NCBI GenBank assembly: GCA_964016885.1
Contig: OZ024754.1
Coordinates: 10,664,001-10,728,000, forward strand
DNA length: 64,000 bases
Origin: Eledone cirrhosa
Lineage: Eukaryota
Reading direction: 5' to 3'
Positions 37,545 to 51,762 of the stretch are shown here, one piece after another (positions within the stretch are counted from its first letter, which is position 1; each line of letters starts with the position of its first letter). Position numbers and translations under genes: made by a program. The notes beneath the pieces are model-generated. The model did no database searches. It worked only from the letters and a program-made list of their open reading frames with translations, and was not told where the DNA came from.

Positions 37545-38226
37545 GATTTTGATACACATTCAAAAATTAGAGATAAGAGGGATCAGATGTTGTTTACTCG
37601 AGAGAAGGCTACGTTGGTATGGACACGTGATGCGCATGAAAGTCGATAGCTGTATAACAAAGTGCAGGGCAATAAAGATAGACGGTAGTCACGGAGTAGG
37701 CAGACCTAGAAAAACCTGGGACGACTTGTTAAATTCCGACCTCACACACTTACACCTCTCCAAGACAATGTCACTGGACCGAGACCTTTGGCGGTACTCA
37801 GTAACAGAGAAGACCCGCCTTACCTAAATATATAGTAAAACCTACTCCAGCCAGTAGGCATCTCTAACAAAATACACCCCGTCCCACCACCCCCGCCCCC
37901 ACCCCATCCACACCACCCCGTTCTATGTAAAGTTATGTTGGTGCCGCGCCATCGAGGCCGAAACAAATGAGATCGTGTAGGTGTCACGACAAAAAAACAC
38001 ACAGTCCACGCTGTAATGTGGCCGTGTAGGCAACACGGTAAAAACCTCCCAGACCCACACTGTAAATGTGGTTGGTGTTAGGAAGGGCATCCAACTGTAG
38101 AAAACCTGCCAGACAGTCCTATGCGAGCAAGACAATCACTCTTGCCTCAAGTGGGACTACCCCCGTCCAAACCCATGCAAGCGTGGAACACGGACGTTAA
38201 ACGTTGATGATGATGATGATGATGAT
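37545..38226 (+). mobile_element. RTE LINE 3' end (ORF end, full 3'UTR, (GAT)n tail)
   Basis: ORF 'RRLRWYGHVMRM...GRPRKTWDDLLNSDL...DRDLWR...EKTRLT*'; tail GGACGTTAAACGTTGATGATGATG. Confidence 0.92.
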
Positions 38227-38286
38227 TCATGGGTTAGTTTTACCTTCATTTTCTTAAAAGATAGATATTTCTTCCAAGTTTAATCC

Positions 38287-38350
<64 letters not shown>

Positions 38351-38599
38351 TATTATAAAGGCTTTACCTCACATAATATCGAACCTATGAGATTTTGATA
38401 TTTATTTTGAGAACAATACTATAACATTGGTGTGAGCAGCGGGTTACAACCGGTTTGAGAGAATTCTGGCTGGATACAACTGGTTTAAATGTTAAGGGTT
38501 AACACAGGTAAAAGACATCAATTATTGTGAATTCTGTCAAAATATTCAAAATATTTCATTTCTATTGATGTCAATCTGAGCTGGCCCTATCAACTGGTA

Positions 38600-41500
38600 A
38601 GTTGTTACCAGGTCGTAATCATATCTAATGTAATATTTACAATGTAGTAACAGTGGTCTCTCTCTAGTTGTGACCAGGTCGTAATCATATCTAATGTAAT
38701 ATTTACAATGAAGTAACAGTTGTCTCTCTCAAGTTGTGACCCGGTCGTAATCACATCTAATGTAATATTTACAATGTAGTAACAGTTGTCTCTCTCAAGT
38801 TGTGACCCGGTCGTAATCATATCTAATGTAATATTTACAATGTAGTAACAGTGGTCTCTCTCTAGTTGTGACCAGGTCGTAATCATATCTAATGTAATAT
38901 TTACAATGTAGTAACAGTTGTCTCTAGTTGTGACCATGTCGTAATCATATCTAATGTAATATTTACAATGAAGTAACAGTTGTCTCTCTCAAGTTGTGAC
39001 CATGTCATAATCATATCTAATGTAATATTTACAATGTAGTAACATTTGTCTCTCTCAAGTTGTGACCATGTCGTAATCATATCTAATGTAATATTTACAA
39101 TGTAGTAACATTTGTCTCTAGTTGTGACCATGTCGTAATCATATCTAATGTAATATTTACAATGTAGTAACAGTTGTCTCTAGTTGTGACCATGTCGTAA
39201 TCATATCTAATGTAATATTTACAATGTAGTAACAGTTGTCTCTCAAGTTGTGACCATGTCATAATCATATCTAATGTAATATTTACAATGTAGTAACAGT
39301 TGTCTCTAGTTGTGACCATGTCATAATCATATCTAATGTAATATTTACAATGTAGTAACAGTTGTCTCTCTCAAGTTGTGACCATGTCATAATCATATCT
39401 AATGTTATATTTACAATGTAGTAACAGTTGTCTCTCTAGTTGTGACCATGTCATAATATCTAATGTAATATTTACAATGTAGTAACAGTTGTCTCTCTCA
39501 AGTTGTGACCAGGTCGTAATCATATCTAATGTAATATTTACAATGAAGTAACAGTTGTCTCTCTCCAGTTGTGACCATGTCGTAATCATATCTAATGTAA
39601 TATTTACAATGTAGTAACAGTTGTCTCTCTCCAGTTGTGACCATGTCATAATCATATCTAATGTAATATTTACAATGTAGTAACAGTTGTCTCTCTCCAG
39701 TTGTGACCATGTCGTAATCATATCTAATGTAATATTTACAATGTAGTAACAGTTGTCTCTCTCCAGTTGTGACCATGTCGTAATCATATCTAATGTAATA
39801 TTTACAATGTAGTAACAGTTGTCTCTCTCCAGTTGTGACCATGTCGTAATCATATCTAATGTAATATTTACAATGTAGTAACAGTTGTCTCTCTCCAGTT
39901 GTGACCATGTCGTAATCATATCTAATGTAATATTTACAATGTAGTAACAGTTGTCTCTCTCCAGTTGTGACCATGTCGTAATCATATCTAATGTAATATT
40001 TACAATGTAGTAACAGTTGTCTCTCTCCAGTTGTGACCATGTCGTAATCATATCTAATGTAATATTTACAATGTAGTAACAGTTGTCTCTCTCCAGTTGT
40101 GACCATGTCATAATCATATCTAATGTAATATTTACAATGTAGTAACAGTTGTCTCTCTCCAGTTGTGACCATGTCATAATCATATCTAATGTAATATTTA
40201 CAATGTAGTAACAGTTGTCTCTCTCCAGTTGTGACCATGTCATAATCATATCTAATGTTATATTTACAATGTAGTAACAGTTGTCTCTCTCCAGTTGTGA
40301 CCATGTCATAATCACATCTAATGTAATATTTACAATGTAGTAACAGTTGTCTCTCTCCAGTTGTGACCATGTCGTAATCATATCTAATGTAATATTTACA
40401 ATGTAGTAACAGTTGTCTCTCTCCAGTTGTGACCATGTCGTAATCATATCTAATGTAATATTTACAATGTAGTAACAGTTGTCTCTCTCTCCAGTTGTGA
40501 CCATGTCATAATCATATCTAATGTAATATTTACAATGTAGTAACAGTTGTCTCTCTCCAGTTGTGACCATGTCGTAATCATATCTAATGTAATATTTACA
40601 ATGTAGTAACAGTTGTCTCTCTCCAGTTGTGACCATGTCATAATCATATCTAATGTAATATTTACAATGTAGTAACAGTTGTCTCTCTCCAGTTGTGACC
40701 ATGTCGTAATCATATCTAATGTAATATTTACAATGTAGTAACAGTTGTCTCTCTCCAGTTGTGACCATGTCATAATCATATCTAATGTAATATTTACAAT
40801 GTAGTAACAGTTGTCTCTCTCCAGTTGTGACCATGTCGTAATCATATCTAATGTAATATTTACAATGTAGTAACAGTTGTCTCTCTCTCCAGTTGTGACC
40901 ATGTCATAATCATATCTAATGTAATATTTACAATGTAGTAACAGTTGTCTCTCTCTCCAGTTGTGACCATGTCGTAATCATATCTAATGTAATATTTACA
41001 ATGTAGTAACAGTTGTCTCTCTCTCCAGTTGTGACCATGTCATAATCATATCTAATGTAATATTTACAATGTAGTAACAGTTGTCTCTCTCTAGTTGTGA
41101 CCAGGTCGTAATCATATCTAATGTAATATTTACAATGAAGTAACAGTTGTCTCTCTCAAGTTGTGACCCGGTCGTAATCACATCTAATGTAATATTTACA
41201 ATGTAGTAACAGTTGTCTCTCTCAAGTTGTGACCATGTCGTAATCATATCTAATGTAATATTTACAATGTAGTAATAGTGTCTCTCTCTAGTTGTGACCA
41301 GGTCGTAATCATATCTAATGTAATATTTACAATGTAGTAACAGTTGTCTCTCTCTCCAGTTGTGACCATGTCATAATCACATCTAATGTAATATTTACAA
41401 TGTAGTAACAGTTGTCTCTCTCAAGTTGTGACCCGGTCGTAATCATATCTAATGTAATATTTACAATGTAGTAACATTTGTCTCTCTCTAGTTGTGACCA

Positions 41501-44500
41501 TGTCGTAATCATATCTAATGTAATATTTACAATGTAGTAACAGTTGTCTCTCTCCAGTTGTGACCATGTCGTAATCATATCTAATGTAATATTTACAATG
41601 AAGTAACAGTTGTCTCTCTCAAGTTGTGACCAGGTCGTAATCATATCTAATGTAATATTTACAATGAAGTAACAGTTGTCTCTCTCAAGTTGTGACCATG
41701 TCGTAATCATATCTAATGTAATATTTACAATGTAGTAACAGTTGTCTCTCTCGAGTTGTGACCAGGTCGTAATCATATCTAATGTAATATTTACAATGAA
41801 GTAACAGTTGTCTCTCTCAAGTTGTGACCAGGTCGTAATCATATCTAATGTAATATTTACAATGAAGTAACAGTTGTCTCTCTCCAGTTGTGACCATGTC
41901 GTAATCATATCTAATGTAATATTTACAATGTAGTAACAGTTGTCTCTCTCAAGTTGTGACCATGTCGTAATCATATCTAATGTAATATTTACAATCTAGT
42001 AACAGTTGTCTCTCTCAAGTTGTGACCATGTCATAATCATATCTAATGTAATATTTACAATGTAGTAACAGTTGTCTCTAGTTGTGACCATGTCATAATC
42101 ATATCTAATGTAATATTTACAATGTAGTAACAGTTGTCTCTCTCAAGTTGTGACCATGTCATAATCATATCTAATGTTATATTTACAATGTAGTAACAGT
42201 TGTCTCTCTAGTTGTGACCATGTCATAATATCTAATGTAATATTTACAATGTAGTAACAGTTGTCTCTCTCAAGTTGTGACCAGGTCGTAATCATATCTA
42301 ATGTAATATTTACAATGAAGTAACAGTTGTCTCTCTCCAGTTGTGACCATGTCGTAATCATATCTAATGTAATATTTACAATGTAGTAATAGTTGTCTCT
42401 CTCCAGTTGTGACCATGTCATAATCATATCTAATGTAATATTTACAATGTAGTAACAGTTGTCTCTCTCCAGTTGTGACCATGTCGTAATCATATCTAAT
42501 GTAATATTTACAATGTAGTAACAGTTGTCTCTCTCCAGTTGTGACCATGTCGTAATCATATCTAATGTAATATTTACAATGTAGTAACAGTTGTCTCTCT
42601 CCAGTTGTGACCATGTCGTAATCATATCTAATGTAATATTTACAATGTAGTAACAGTTGTCTCTCTCCAGTTGTGACCATGTCGTAATCATATCTAATGT
42701 AATATTTACAATGTAGTAACAGTTGTCTCTCTCCAGTTGTGACCATGTCGTAATCATATCTAATGTAATATTTACAATGTAGTAACAGTTGTCTCTCTCC
42801 AGTTGTGACCATGTCATAATCATATCTAATGTAATATTTACAATGTAGTAACAGTTGTCTCTCTCCAGTTGTGACCATGTCATAATCATATCTAATGTAA
42901 TATTTACAATGTAGTAACAGTTGTCTCTCTCCAGTTGTGACCATGTCATAATCATATCTAATGTTATATTTACAATGTAGTAACAGTTGTCTCTCTCCAG
43001 TTGTGACCATGTCATAATCACATCTAATGTAATATTTACAATGTAGTAACAGTTGTCTCTCTCCAGTTGTGACCATGTCGTAATCATATCTAATGTAATA
43101 TTTACAATGTAGTAACAGTTGTCTCTCTCCAGTTGTGACCATGTCGTAATCATATCTAATGTAATATTTACAATGTAGTAACAGTTGTCTCTCTCTCCAG
43201 TTGTGACCATGTCATAATCATATCTAATGTAATATTTACAATGTAGTAACAGTTGTCTCTCTCCAGTTGTGACCATGTCGTAATCATATCTAATGTAATA
43301 TTTACAATGTAGTAACAGTTGTCTCTCTCCAGTTGTGACCATGTCATAATCATATCTAATGTAATATTTACAATGTAGTAACAGTTGTCTCTCTCCAGTT
43401 GTGACCATGTCGTAATCATATCTAATGTAATATTTACAATGTAGTAACAGTTGTCTCTCTCCAGTTGTGACCATGTCATAATCATATCTAATGTAATATT
43501 TACAATGTAGTAACAGTTGTCTCTCTCCAGTTGTGACCATGTCGTAATCATATCTAATGTAATATTTACAATGTAGTAACAGTTGTCTCTCTCTCCAGTT
43601 GTGACCATGTCATAATCATATCTAATGTAATATTTACAATGTAGTAACAGTTGTCTCTCTCTCCAGTTGTGACCATGTCGTAATCATATCTAATGTAATA
43701 TTTACAATGTAGTAACAGTTGTCTCTCTCTCCAGTTGTGACCATGTCATAATCATATCTAATGTAATATTTACAATGTAGTAACAGTTGTCTCTCTCTAG
43801 TTGTGACCAGGTCGTAATCATATCTAATGTAATATTTACAATGAAGTAACAGTTGTCTCTCTCAAGTTGTGACCCGGTCGTAATCACATCTAATGTAATA
43901 TTTACAATGTAGTAACAGTTGTCTCTCTCAAGTTGTGACCATGTCGTAATCATATCTAATGTAATATTTACAATGTAGTAACAGTTGTCTCTCTCAAGTT
44001 GTGACCCGGTCGTAATCATATCTAATGTAATATTTACAATGTAGTAACATTTGTCTCTCTCTAGTTGTGACCATGTCGTAATCATATCTAATGTAATATT
44101 TACAATGTAGTAACAGTTGTCTCTCTCCAGTTGTGACCATGTCGTAATCATATCTAATGTAATATTTACAATGAAGTAACAGTTGTCTCTCTCAAGTTGT
44201 GACCAGGTCGTAATCATATCTAATGTAATATTTACAATGAAGTAACAGTTGTCTCTCTCAAGTTGTGACCATGTCGTAATCATATCTAATGTAATATTTA
44301 CAATGTAGTAACAGTTGTCTCTCTCCAGTTGTGACCATGTCGTAATCATATCTAATGTAATATTTACAATGTAGTAACAGTTGTCTCTCTCAAGTTGTGA
44401 CCAGGTCGTAATCATATCTAATGTAATATTTACAATGTAGTAATAGTGTCTCTCTCTAGTTGTGACCAGGTCGTAATCATATCTAATGTAATATTTACAA

Positions 44501-46583
44501 TGAAGTAACAGTTGTCTCTCTCAAGTTGTGACCAGGTCGTAATCATATCTAATGTAATATTTACAATGTAGTAATAGTGTCTCTCTCTAGTTGTGACCAG
44601 GTCGTAATCATATCTAATGTAATATTTACAATGTAGTAACAGTTGTCTCTCTCTCCAGTTGTGACCATGTCATAATCACATCTAATGTAATATTTACAAT
44701 GTAGTAACAGTTGTCTCTCTCTCCAGTTGTGACCATGTCATAATCACATCTAATGTAATATTTACAATGTAGTAACAGTTGTCTCTCTCCAGTTGTGACC
44801 ATGTCGTAATCATATCTAATGTAATATTTACAATGTAGTAACAGTTGTCTCTCTCCAGTTGTGACCAGGTCGTAATCATATCTAATGTAATATTTACAAT
44901 GTAGTAACAGTTGTCTCTCTCTCCAGTTGTGACCATGTCATAATCACATCTAATGTAATATTTACAATGTAGTAACAGTTGTCTCTCTCTCCAGTTGTGA
45001 CCATGTCATAATCACATCTAATGTAATATTTACAATGTAGTAACAGTTGTCTCTCTCCAGTTGTGACCAGGTCGTAATCATATCTAATGTAATATTTACA
45101 ATGTAGTAACAGTTGTCTCTCTCTCCAGTTGTGACCATGTCATAATCACATCTAATGTAATATTTACAATGTAGTAACAGTTGTCTCTCTCTCCAGTTGT
45201 GACCATGTCATAATCACATCTAATGTAATATTTACAATGTAGTAACAGTTGTCTCTCTCTCCAGTTGTGACCATGTCATAATCATATCTAATGTAATATT
45301 TACAATGTAGTAACAGTTGTCTCTCTCTAGTTGTGACCATGTCGTAATCATATCTAATGTAATATTTACAATGAAGTAACAGTTGTCTCTCTCAAGTTGT
45401 GACCCGGTCGTAATCACATCTAATGTAATATTTACAATGTAGTAACAGTTGTCTCTCTCCAGTTGTGACCATGTCATAATCATATCTAATGTAATATTTA
45501 CAATGTAGTAACAGTTGTCTCTCTCCAGTTGTGACCAGGTCGTAATCATATCTAATGTAATATTTACAATGTAGTAACAGTTGTCTCTCTCTCCAGTTGT
45601 GACCATGTCATAATCATATCTAATGTAATATTTACAATGTAGTAACAGTTGTCTCTCTCCAGTTGTGACCAGGTCGTAATCATATCTAATGTAATATTTA
45701 CAATGTAGTAACAGTTGTCTCTCTCCAGTTGTGACCATGTCATAATCATATCTAATGTAATATTTACAATGTAGTAACAGTTGTCTCTCTCCAGTTGTGA
45801 CCAGGTCGTAATCATATCTAATGTAATATTTACAATGTAGTAACAGTTGTCTCTCTCCAGTTGTGACCATGTCATAATCATATCTAATGTAATATTTACA
45901 ATGTAGTAACAGTTGTCTCTCTCCAGTTGTGACCAGGTCGTAATCATATCTAATGTAATATTTACAATGTAGTAACAGTTGTCTCTCTCCAGTTGTGACC
46001 ATGTCATAATCATATCTAATGTAATATTTACAATGTAGTAACAGTTGTCTCTCTCCAGTTGTGACCAGGTCGTAATCATATCTAATGTAATATTTACAAT
46101 GTAGTAACAGTTGTCTCTCTCCAGTTGTGACCATGTCATAATCATATCTAATGTAATATTTACAATGTAGTAACATTTGTCTCTCTCCAGTTGTGACCAT
46201 GCCGTAATCATATCTAATGTAATATTTACAATGTAGTAACAGTTGTCTCTCTCCAGTTGTGACCATGTCGTAATCATATCTAATGTAATATTTACAATGT
46301 AGTAACAGTTGTCTCTCTCCAGTTGTGACCATGTCGTAATCACATCTAATGTAATATTTACAATGTAGTAACAGTTGTCTCTCTCCAGTTGTGACCATGT
46401 CGTAATCACATCTAATGTAATATTTACAATGTAGTAACAGTTGTCTCTCTCCAGTTGTGACCATGTCGTAATCACATCTAATGTAATATTTACAATGTAG
46501 TAACAGTTGTCTCTCTCCAGTTGTGACCATGTCATAATCATATCTAATGTAATATTTACAATGTAGTAACAGTTGTCTCTCTC
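38600..46583. repeat. 66-bp satellite array (~120 units, ~8 kb)
   Basis: Unit AGTTGTGACCATGTC(G/A)TAATCATATCTAATGTAATATTTACAATGTAGTAACAGTTGTCTCTCTCC; 62-68-bp variants arise from (TC)n length changes. Confidence 0.98.
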
Positions 46584-46773
46584 ATCACAAGACTCTTATC
46601 AATTACTCATCTGTTATGGAGGACGCCCACTAATGCCTAGATATACTTGTACATCATTCAATCATGTTAAGACGGTAATCAATAATGCCATTGAACACAT
46701 ACAGAAACAATGTCATTTTGAGATGAGTGCATGCTTATACACGCACACCTGTGACAGAGAGACAGACAAGCAG

Positions 46774-46873
46774 GAAGAGAGAGAGAGAAAGACAGAGAGA
46801 GAGAAAGACAGAGAGAGAGAAAGACAGAGAGAGAGAAAGACAGAGAGAGAGAAAGACAGAGAGAGAGAAAGAC

Positions 46874-46908
<35 letters not shown>

Positions 46909-47571
46909 CAGAGAGAGAGAGAAAGAGACAGAGAGAGACAGAGAGAGACAGAGAGAGACAGAGAGAGAGAGACAGAGAGACAGAGAGAGACAGAGAGAGA
47001 GAGAGAGAAAGACAGAGAAAGAAAGAGAGAGAGAGAAAGAAAGAGAGACAGAAAGAAAGAGAGAGAGAGAGAAAGAAAGAGAGACAGAAAGAAAGAGAGA
47101 GAGAGAGAAAGAAAGAGAGACAGAGAGAAAGAGAGACAGAGAAAAAGAGAGACAGAGAGAAGAGAGAGAAAAAGAGACAGAGTGAGAGAAAAAGAGACAG
47201 AGAGAGAGAAAAAGAGACAGAGAGAGAAAAAGAGACAGAGAGAGAGAGAAAAAGAGAGAGAGAGAGAGAAAAAGAGACAGAGAGAAAAAGAGACAGAGAG
47301 AAAAAGAGACAGAGAGAAAGGGAGAAAAAGAGAAAAAGAGAGAGAGGGAGAGAGGGGCAGAAAGATCAACTGTTGTCATTTCATATACATTGATAACAAA
47401 ACTGATAAAAGTATCAAAACAGTCATGAGCAGTATGTGTTAGGAAGTGTGTTATTAAAACCTAAGGTAACTGAAGAGAGAGAGAGAAAGACAGAGAGAGA
47501 GAAAGACAGAGAGAGAGAAAGACAGAGAGAGAGAAAGACAGAGAGAGAGAAAGACAGAGAGAGAGAAAGAC

Positions 47572-47606
<35 letters not shown>

Positions 47607-48169
47607 CAGAGAGAGAGAGAAAGAGACAGAGAGAGACAGAGAGAGACAGAGAGAGACAGAGAGAGAGAGACAGAGAGACAGAGAGAGACAGAGAGAGAGA
47701 GAGAGAAAGACAGAGAAAGAAAGAGAGAGAGAGAAAGAAAGAGAGACAGAAAGAAAGAGAGAGAGAGAGAAAGAAAGAGAGACAGAAAGAAAGAGAGAGA
47801 GAGAGAAAGAAAGAGAGACAGAGAGAAAGAGAGACAGAGAAAAAGAGAGACAGAGAGAAGAGAGAGAAAAAGAGACAGAGTGAGAGAAAAAGAGACAGAG
47901 AGAGAGAAAAAGAGACAGAGAGAGAAAAAGAGACAGAGAGAGAGAGAAAAAGAGAGAGAGAGAGAGAAAAAGAGACAGAGAGAAAAAGAGACAGAGAGAA
48001 AAAGAGACAGAGAGAAAGGGAGAAAAAGAGAAAAAGAGAGAGAGGGAGAGAGGGGCAGAAAGATCAACTGTTGTCATTTCATATACATTGATAACAAAAC
48101 TGATAAAAGTATCAAAACAGTCATGAGCAGTATGTGTTAGGAAGTGTGTTATTAAAACCTAAGGTAACT
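46774..48169. repeat. 698-bp tandem duplication of a GA-rich microsatellite plus ~110 bp of unique sequence
   Basis: ORF coordinates in the two copies are offset by exactly 698 (47369/48067, 47379/48077). Confidence 0.93.
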
Positions 48170-49271
48170 GAAACCCCCCCCCCCCCCCCCCCACCCCCGT
48201 TAACTATAGACTGTCAGCTTTGTCTGAAAAGCCTTTACTTCACACAAACACAGATTGTCAAAGAAATATATCAGAAGATGAAACCAAGAAGGGTAAGAAC
48301 AGACACCTTAGAAACTAACAGAAAAGTGTGCTGTCAGTAAGAGCCATGAAACAGCTCAGAATGATGGGGAGATGGAAGATATTTTAACACCTTATATTCT
48401 TAAACAACTGACATCTCAGAATATAAAGATCCTTTTTGTTTTAAAGTTGCTATAGTCAGTCAAGTATACAATGAAAATAAGGGAAAAACTAAGGAAGCAA
48501 AGGTGCTTCAATTTATAAGATTAAAACAGAGAAAAACATTGCTATATAAATTTACTTGCAGGAAAAAAACAATTTAATGAAAACTCATTTTTGCTTTTCT
48601 TCTTTAAAAAACCTAATTTTTTTGAAGGGAGAGAAAAAAATGATATAATCCTCCTTGTTAGAAATATATGTTTTATATTTCTGAGACAATTATTATAGTA
48701 AATAGAATTTAATCGTCTTTTATGTTAATATTTAAATTGTTTTCAACATTATATTTTCCAATTATATTCAGATGGTGTACATGTGTACAGTGGTCAACAT
48801 AGAGACAATCCACAAGATGGGTGACAGACAGATGACATATAGAAAAGATTGAATGAGCAGAAGGACAAGAAGAAGTGTGTTGGCACACAGATGTGACTGG
48901 AAGAAGGAAATAAAGAAAGGCGATGTACAAAACAAGTTTACACACACACACACATTTTCACTAATCAGCTCTCAAACCAGCAAAGTGGTTTCGCACGATT
49001 TAATTGTTTTCTTCTCCCAGTCACTTCTATGGGCCAACACATTTCTCTCTGTCCTCCTCCTCTTTCAATCTTTTCTATATTTCATCTGCCTGTCACCCCT
49101 CATGTGGACTCTCTCTCTGTTAACTCTAACCACTGGTCTCTGGGACATTATTGCCCATCACTATCTTCGACAGTATTTAGCTGTTTTAATGGCTGTTCTA
49201 GTGATCAGTTTTCTCATTTTTATGTGTATTTAAATACTCTCGCTTCATCTCAATCAGAAACAACATTGTTT

Positions 49272-49300
<29 letters not shown>

Positions 49301-49306
<6 letters not shown>

Positions 49307-49424
49307 AACGAGTAGGACCCCGGCGGCTGAGCTCAAGCCGTTTCGACGGCTAATTCTGGACTAATTCAGAATTAGCCGTCGAAACGGCTTGAGCTCAGCC
49401 GGCGGCGTCCTACTCGTTCCTATA
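49301..49424. repeat. GC-rich near-perfect hairpin (58-bp arms, 8-nt loop)
   Basis: TATAGGAACGAGTAGGAC...GCTAATTCTG-GACTAATT-CAGAATTAGC...GTCCTACTCGTTCCTATA, with 2 mismatches. Confidence 0.95.
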
Positions 49425-49499
49425 ACCCACTCTACTACCCTAAGTATTGAGTACTTTGGTGCGTTATGGTCCACCTGGTTCCTTACCACATTTCCTTCG

Positions 49500-49541
<42 letters not shown>

Positions 49542-50377
49542 ATTGTTTCTACTTTTTGGCACAAGGCCAGCAATTACCCCAGTGCATTACTGGTACTTTA
49601 TTTTATCGACCTCCATAAGGATGAAAGGCAAAGTTAACCTTGGCGGGATTTGTATTAAATAGGATTTAAGAAAACTGATAAAATTGTTTCAATAATCTCT
49701 ACATTCAACCCAGTCCAGGAATTGAACCCATAGCATTATCATCGTAAATCCAACACCCTTACCACTAGGCCACAAACCTCCACACAATCTCACATATGCC
49801 AGAACATAAAAATAGTAAAATAAAGTAACAAAAATTACAGGTCATGTCATTTGAATTTTGGCATTATTTGAACTTAGAACTGTAATCACCATTGTCGTCA
49901 TCATCATTACATTTAAACTATCCTTTAAATATTTTGATATTACTGACTAAAGGGCAGCGGGGTCAATTTAATTGACTTCCCCTCCCCCAAATTGCTGGCC
50001 TTGTGCCTATAATAGAAGTCAATATTATTGACTAAAAGTTGTAAATATACTAGCCAAAGTTCATCAGAAACGGTTATCTAAATCAAAGGTTCTCAACGAG
50101 GGGCATATGCACCCCCGGGGGGCGTTTCGGAACTCCAGGGGGGCGTTTGTGAGCATGGGGGGGGGCGTTAGGGGGCGTTTGGAGATTTGGGGGGGCACTG
50201 GAAGGCTCTTTACGTTGGTAAGTTTTATAAGCCATATTTGTATGTCTTTTGGACAGCCAGTGTGAATGCATTTGAATGAGCATGCAGATAGCATAACTGT
50301 GGTCTGACCGCAGCTGTGTGCAGGTGTCTAAACATTAACCGGCAATTGAGATCCTAACAATGGAAAACACAAAAGCG

Positions 50378-50730
50378 GGTAGCACATACATCTAGGACAA
50401 CATACAACACAATCAGGTAATACATACATCTAGGACCACATGCAACACATGAGGTAGCACACACATCTAGGACCACATACAACACACAAGCAGGTAATAC
50501 ACACATTTAGGACCACATACAACACATAAGCAGGCAATACATACATCTAGGACCACACACAACACATAAGGAAGTAATACAAACATCTAGGACCACATAC
50601 AACACACAAGCAGGTAATACATACAGCTGGGACCACATGCAATACATAAGTGGATAATACAAACATCTAGGACTAGATACAACACACAGGCAGGTAATAC
50701 ATACATCTAGGACCAAATACAACACACATT
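50378..50730. repeat. 40-bp minisatellite x~9 inside the hAT element
   Basis: Unit ACATACATCTAGGACCACATACAACACACAAGCAGGTAAT. Confidence 0.92.
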
Positions 50731-51762
50731 GTATCATGTGCTACGGATGATGCAAGAGCAATGGTCGGCTAACATAAGGGTTTCGTCACTCTTCTGAAGA
50801 GAGAAAATTTATCTGTATTTGTTGTTCATTGTGTCATTCATCGACAACACTTGGCTGCGAAGAAACTCAGCAAGCCGCTGAGCAAGTCCTAGCAGGTGGC
50901 CATTGATGTCATCAATTTTATCAAACGGCATTCCCTCAATGAACGAATTTTCCGGCAACTGTGCCAAGATAATGACGAAGAATTTGTCAAGTTGCTCCTT
51001 CATAATGAAGTGAGGTGGCTTTCAAAGGGCATGTGCCTTACTCACTTCTTTGAACTGTTCGACTATCATTGAGTTTCTGCAAGGACGCAACACAGAACTG
51101 TACAAGAAAACCCTAGATGTGAGGCAAAACTGCGCCTACTTCTCACCGACATCTTCGACAAATGCAATAGCGTCATTTTGGCTTTGCAGGTGAAGAAGAT
51201 CACCTTGCTTAAAGCAAGGAATGCTGTGAAATCATTCCTGGCCAAATTGAATGTCATCAAAAGGAATCTTTGTTGACGGGAATTCTATAATTTTCCTAGT
51301 GTCGCCAATGTTCATAACATTGTAAGCGATGACCAACTCCAAATTTATACCACTCATCTCCGTGCGCTACAAGACAACATGAGAGAACGGTTTGTCGACC
51401 TTTTGCCGATGGACATCCCAATGTGGATAGCAGATCCCTTCATAGCTAACGTTGATGATTTGGACGTTATATTTCAGGAAGAATTCATTGAACTTTAAGC
51501 AGACATGATCAAAATATGTGAACCCCTTTTTTGGATGCAAGAGGAAATTCAGCGTCGATTTCCACACCTACATGCATAGACTAGAGATTTTCTCTGCCTT
51601 TTCCAAGCTCATACTTAGTCAAGAGGAGGTTTGGTGCTGTTTCCAGACTGCACAGTAAGGCTCACAACCGCTACATGTGGAGATCTCCGGCTACATCTTA
51701 CGAAAATCCAGCCTGACGTCAAAGAGTTAGCTAGACTCCATAAAGTTCAAGAATCTCATTGA
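50731..51762 (+). pseudogene. hAT transposase C-terminal half (ZBED5/SCAND3/Buster-like), disrupted
   Basis: Translation gives 'CATDDARAMVG*HKG', 'HCVIHRQHLAAK', 'LLLHNEVRWLSKG' and ends 'DLRLHLTKIQPDVKELARLHKVQESH*'. In-frame stops and frameshifts are present. Confidence 0.9.

Noticed and set aside
38605-46541. Long ORFs (up to 487 aa) of 22-aa repeats
   Set aside because: These are read-throughs of the 66-bp satellite; (TC)n slippage breaks the frame repeatedly.
46573-48140. RE/RD-rich ORFs resembling splicing factors
   Set aside because: Translations of a GA microsatellite.
48210-48292. Candidate + strand exon (poly-C...TATAG| ... AAGG|GTAAGA)
   Set aside because: Splice-like ends, but no recognisable protein and no partner exons.
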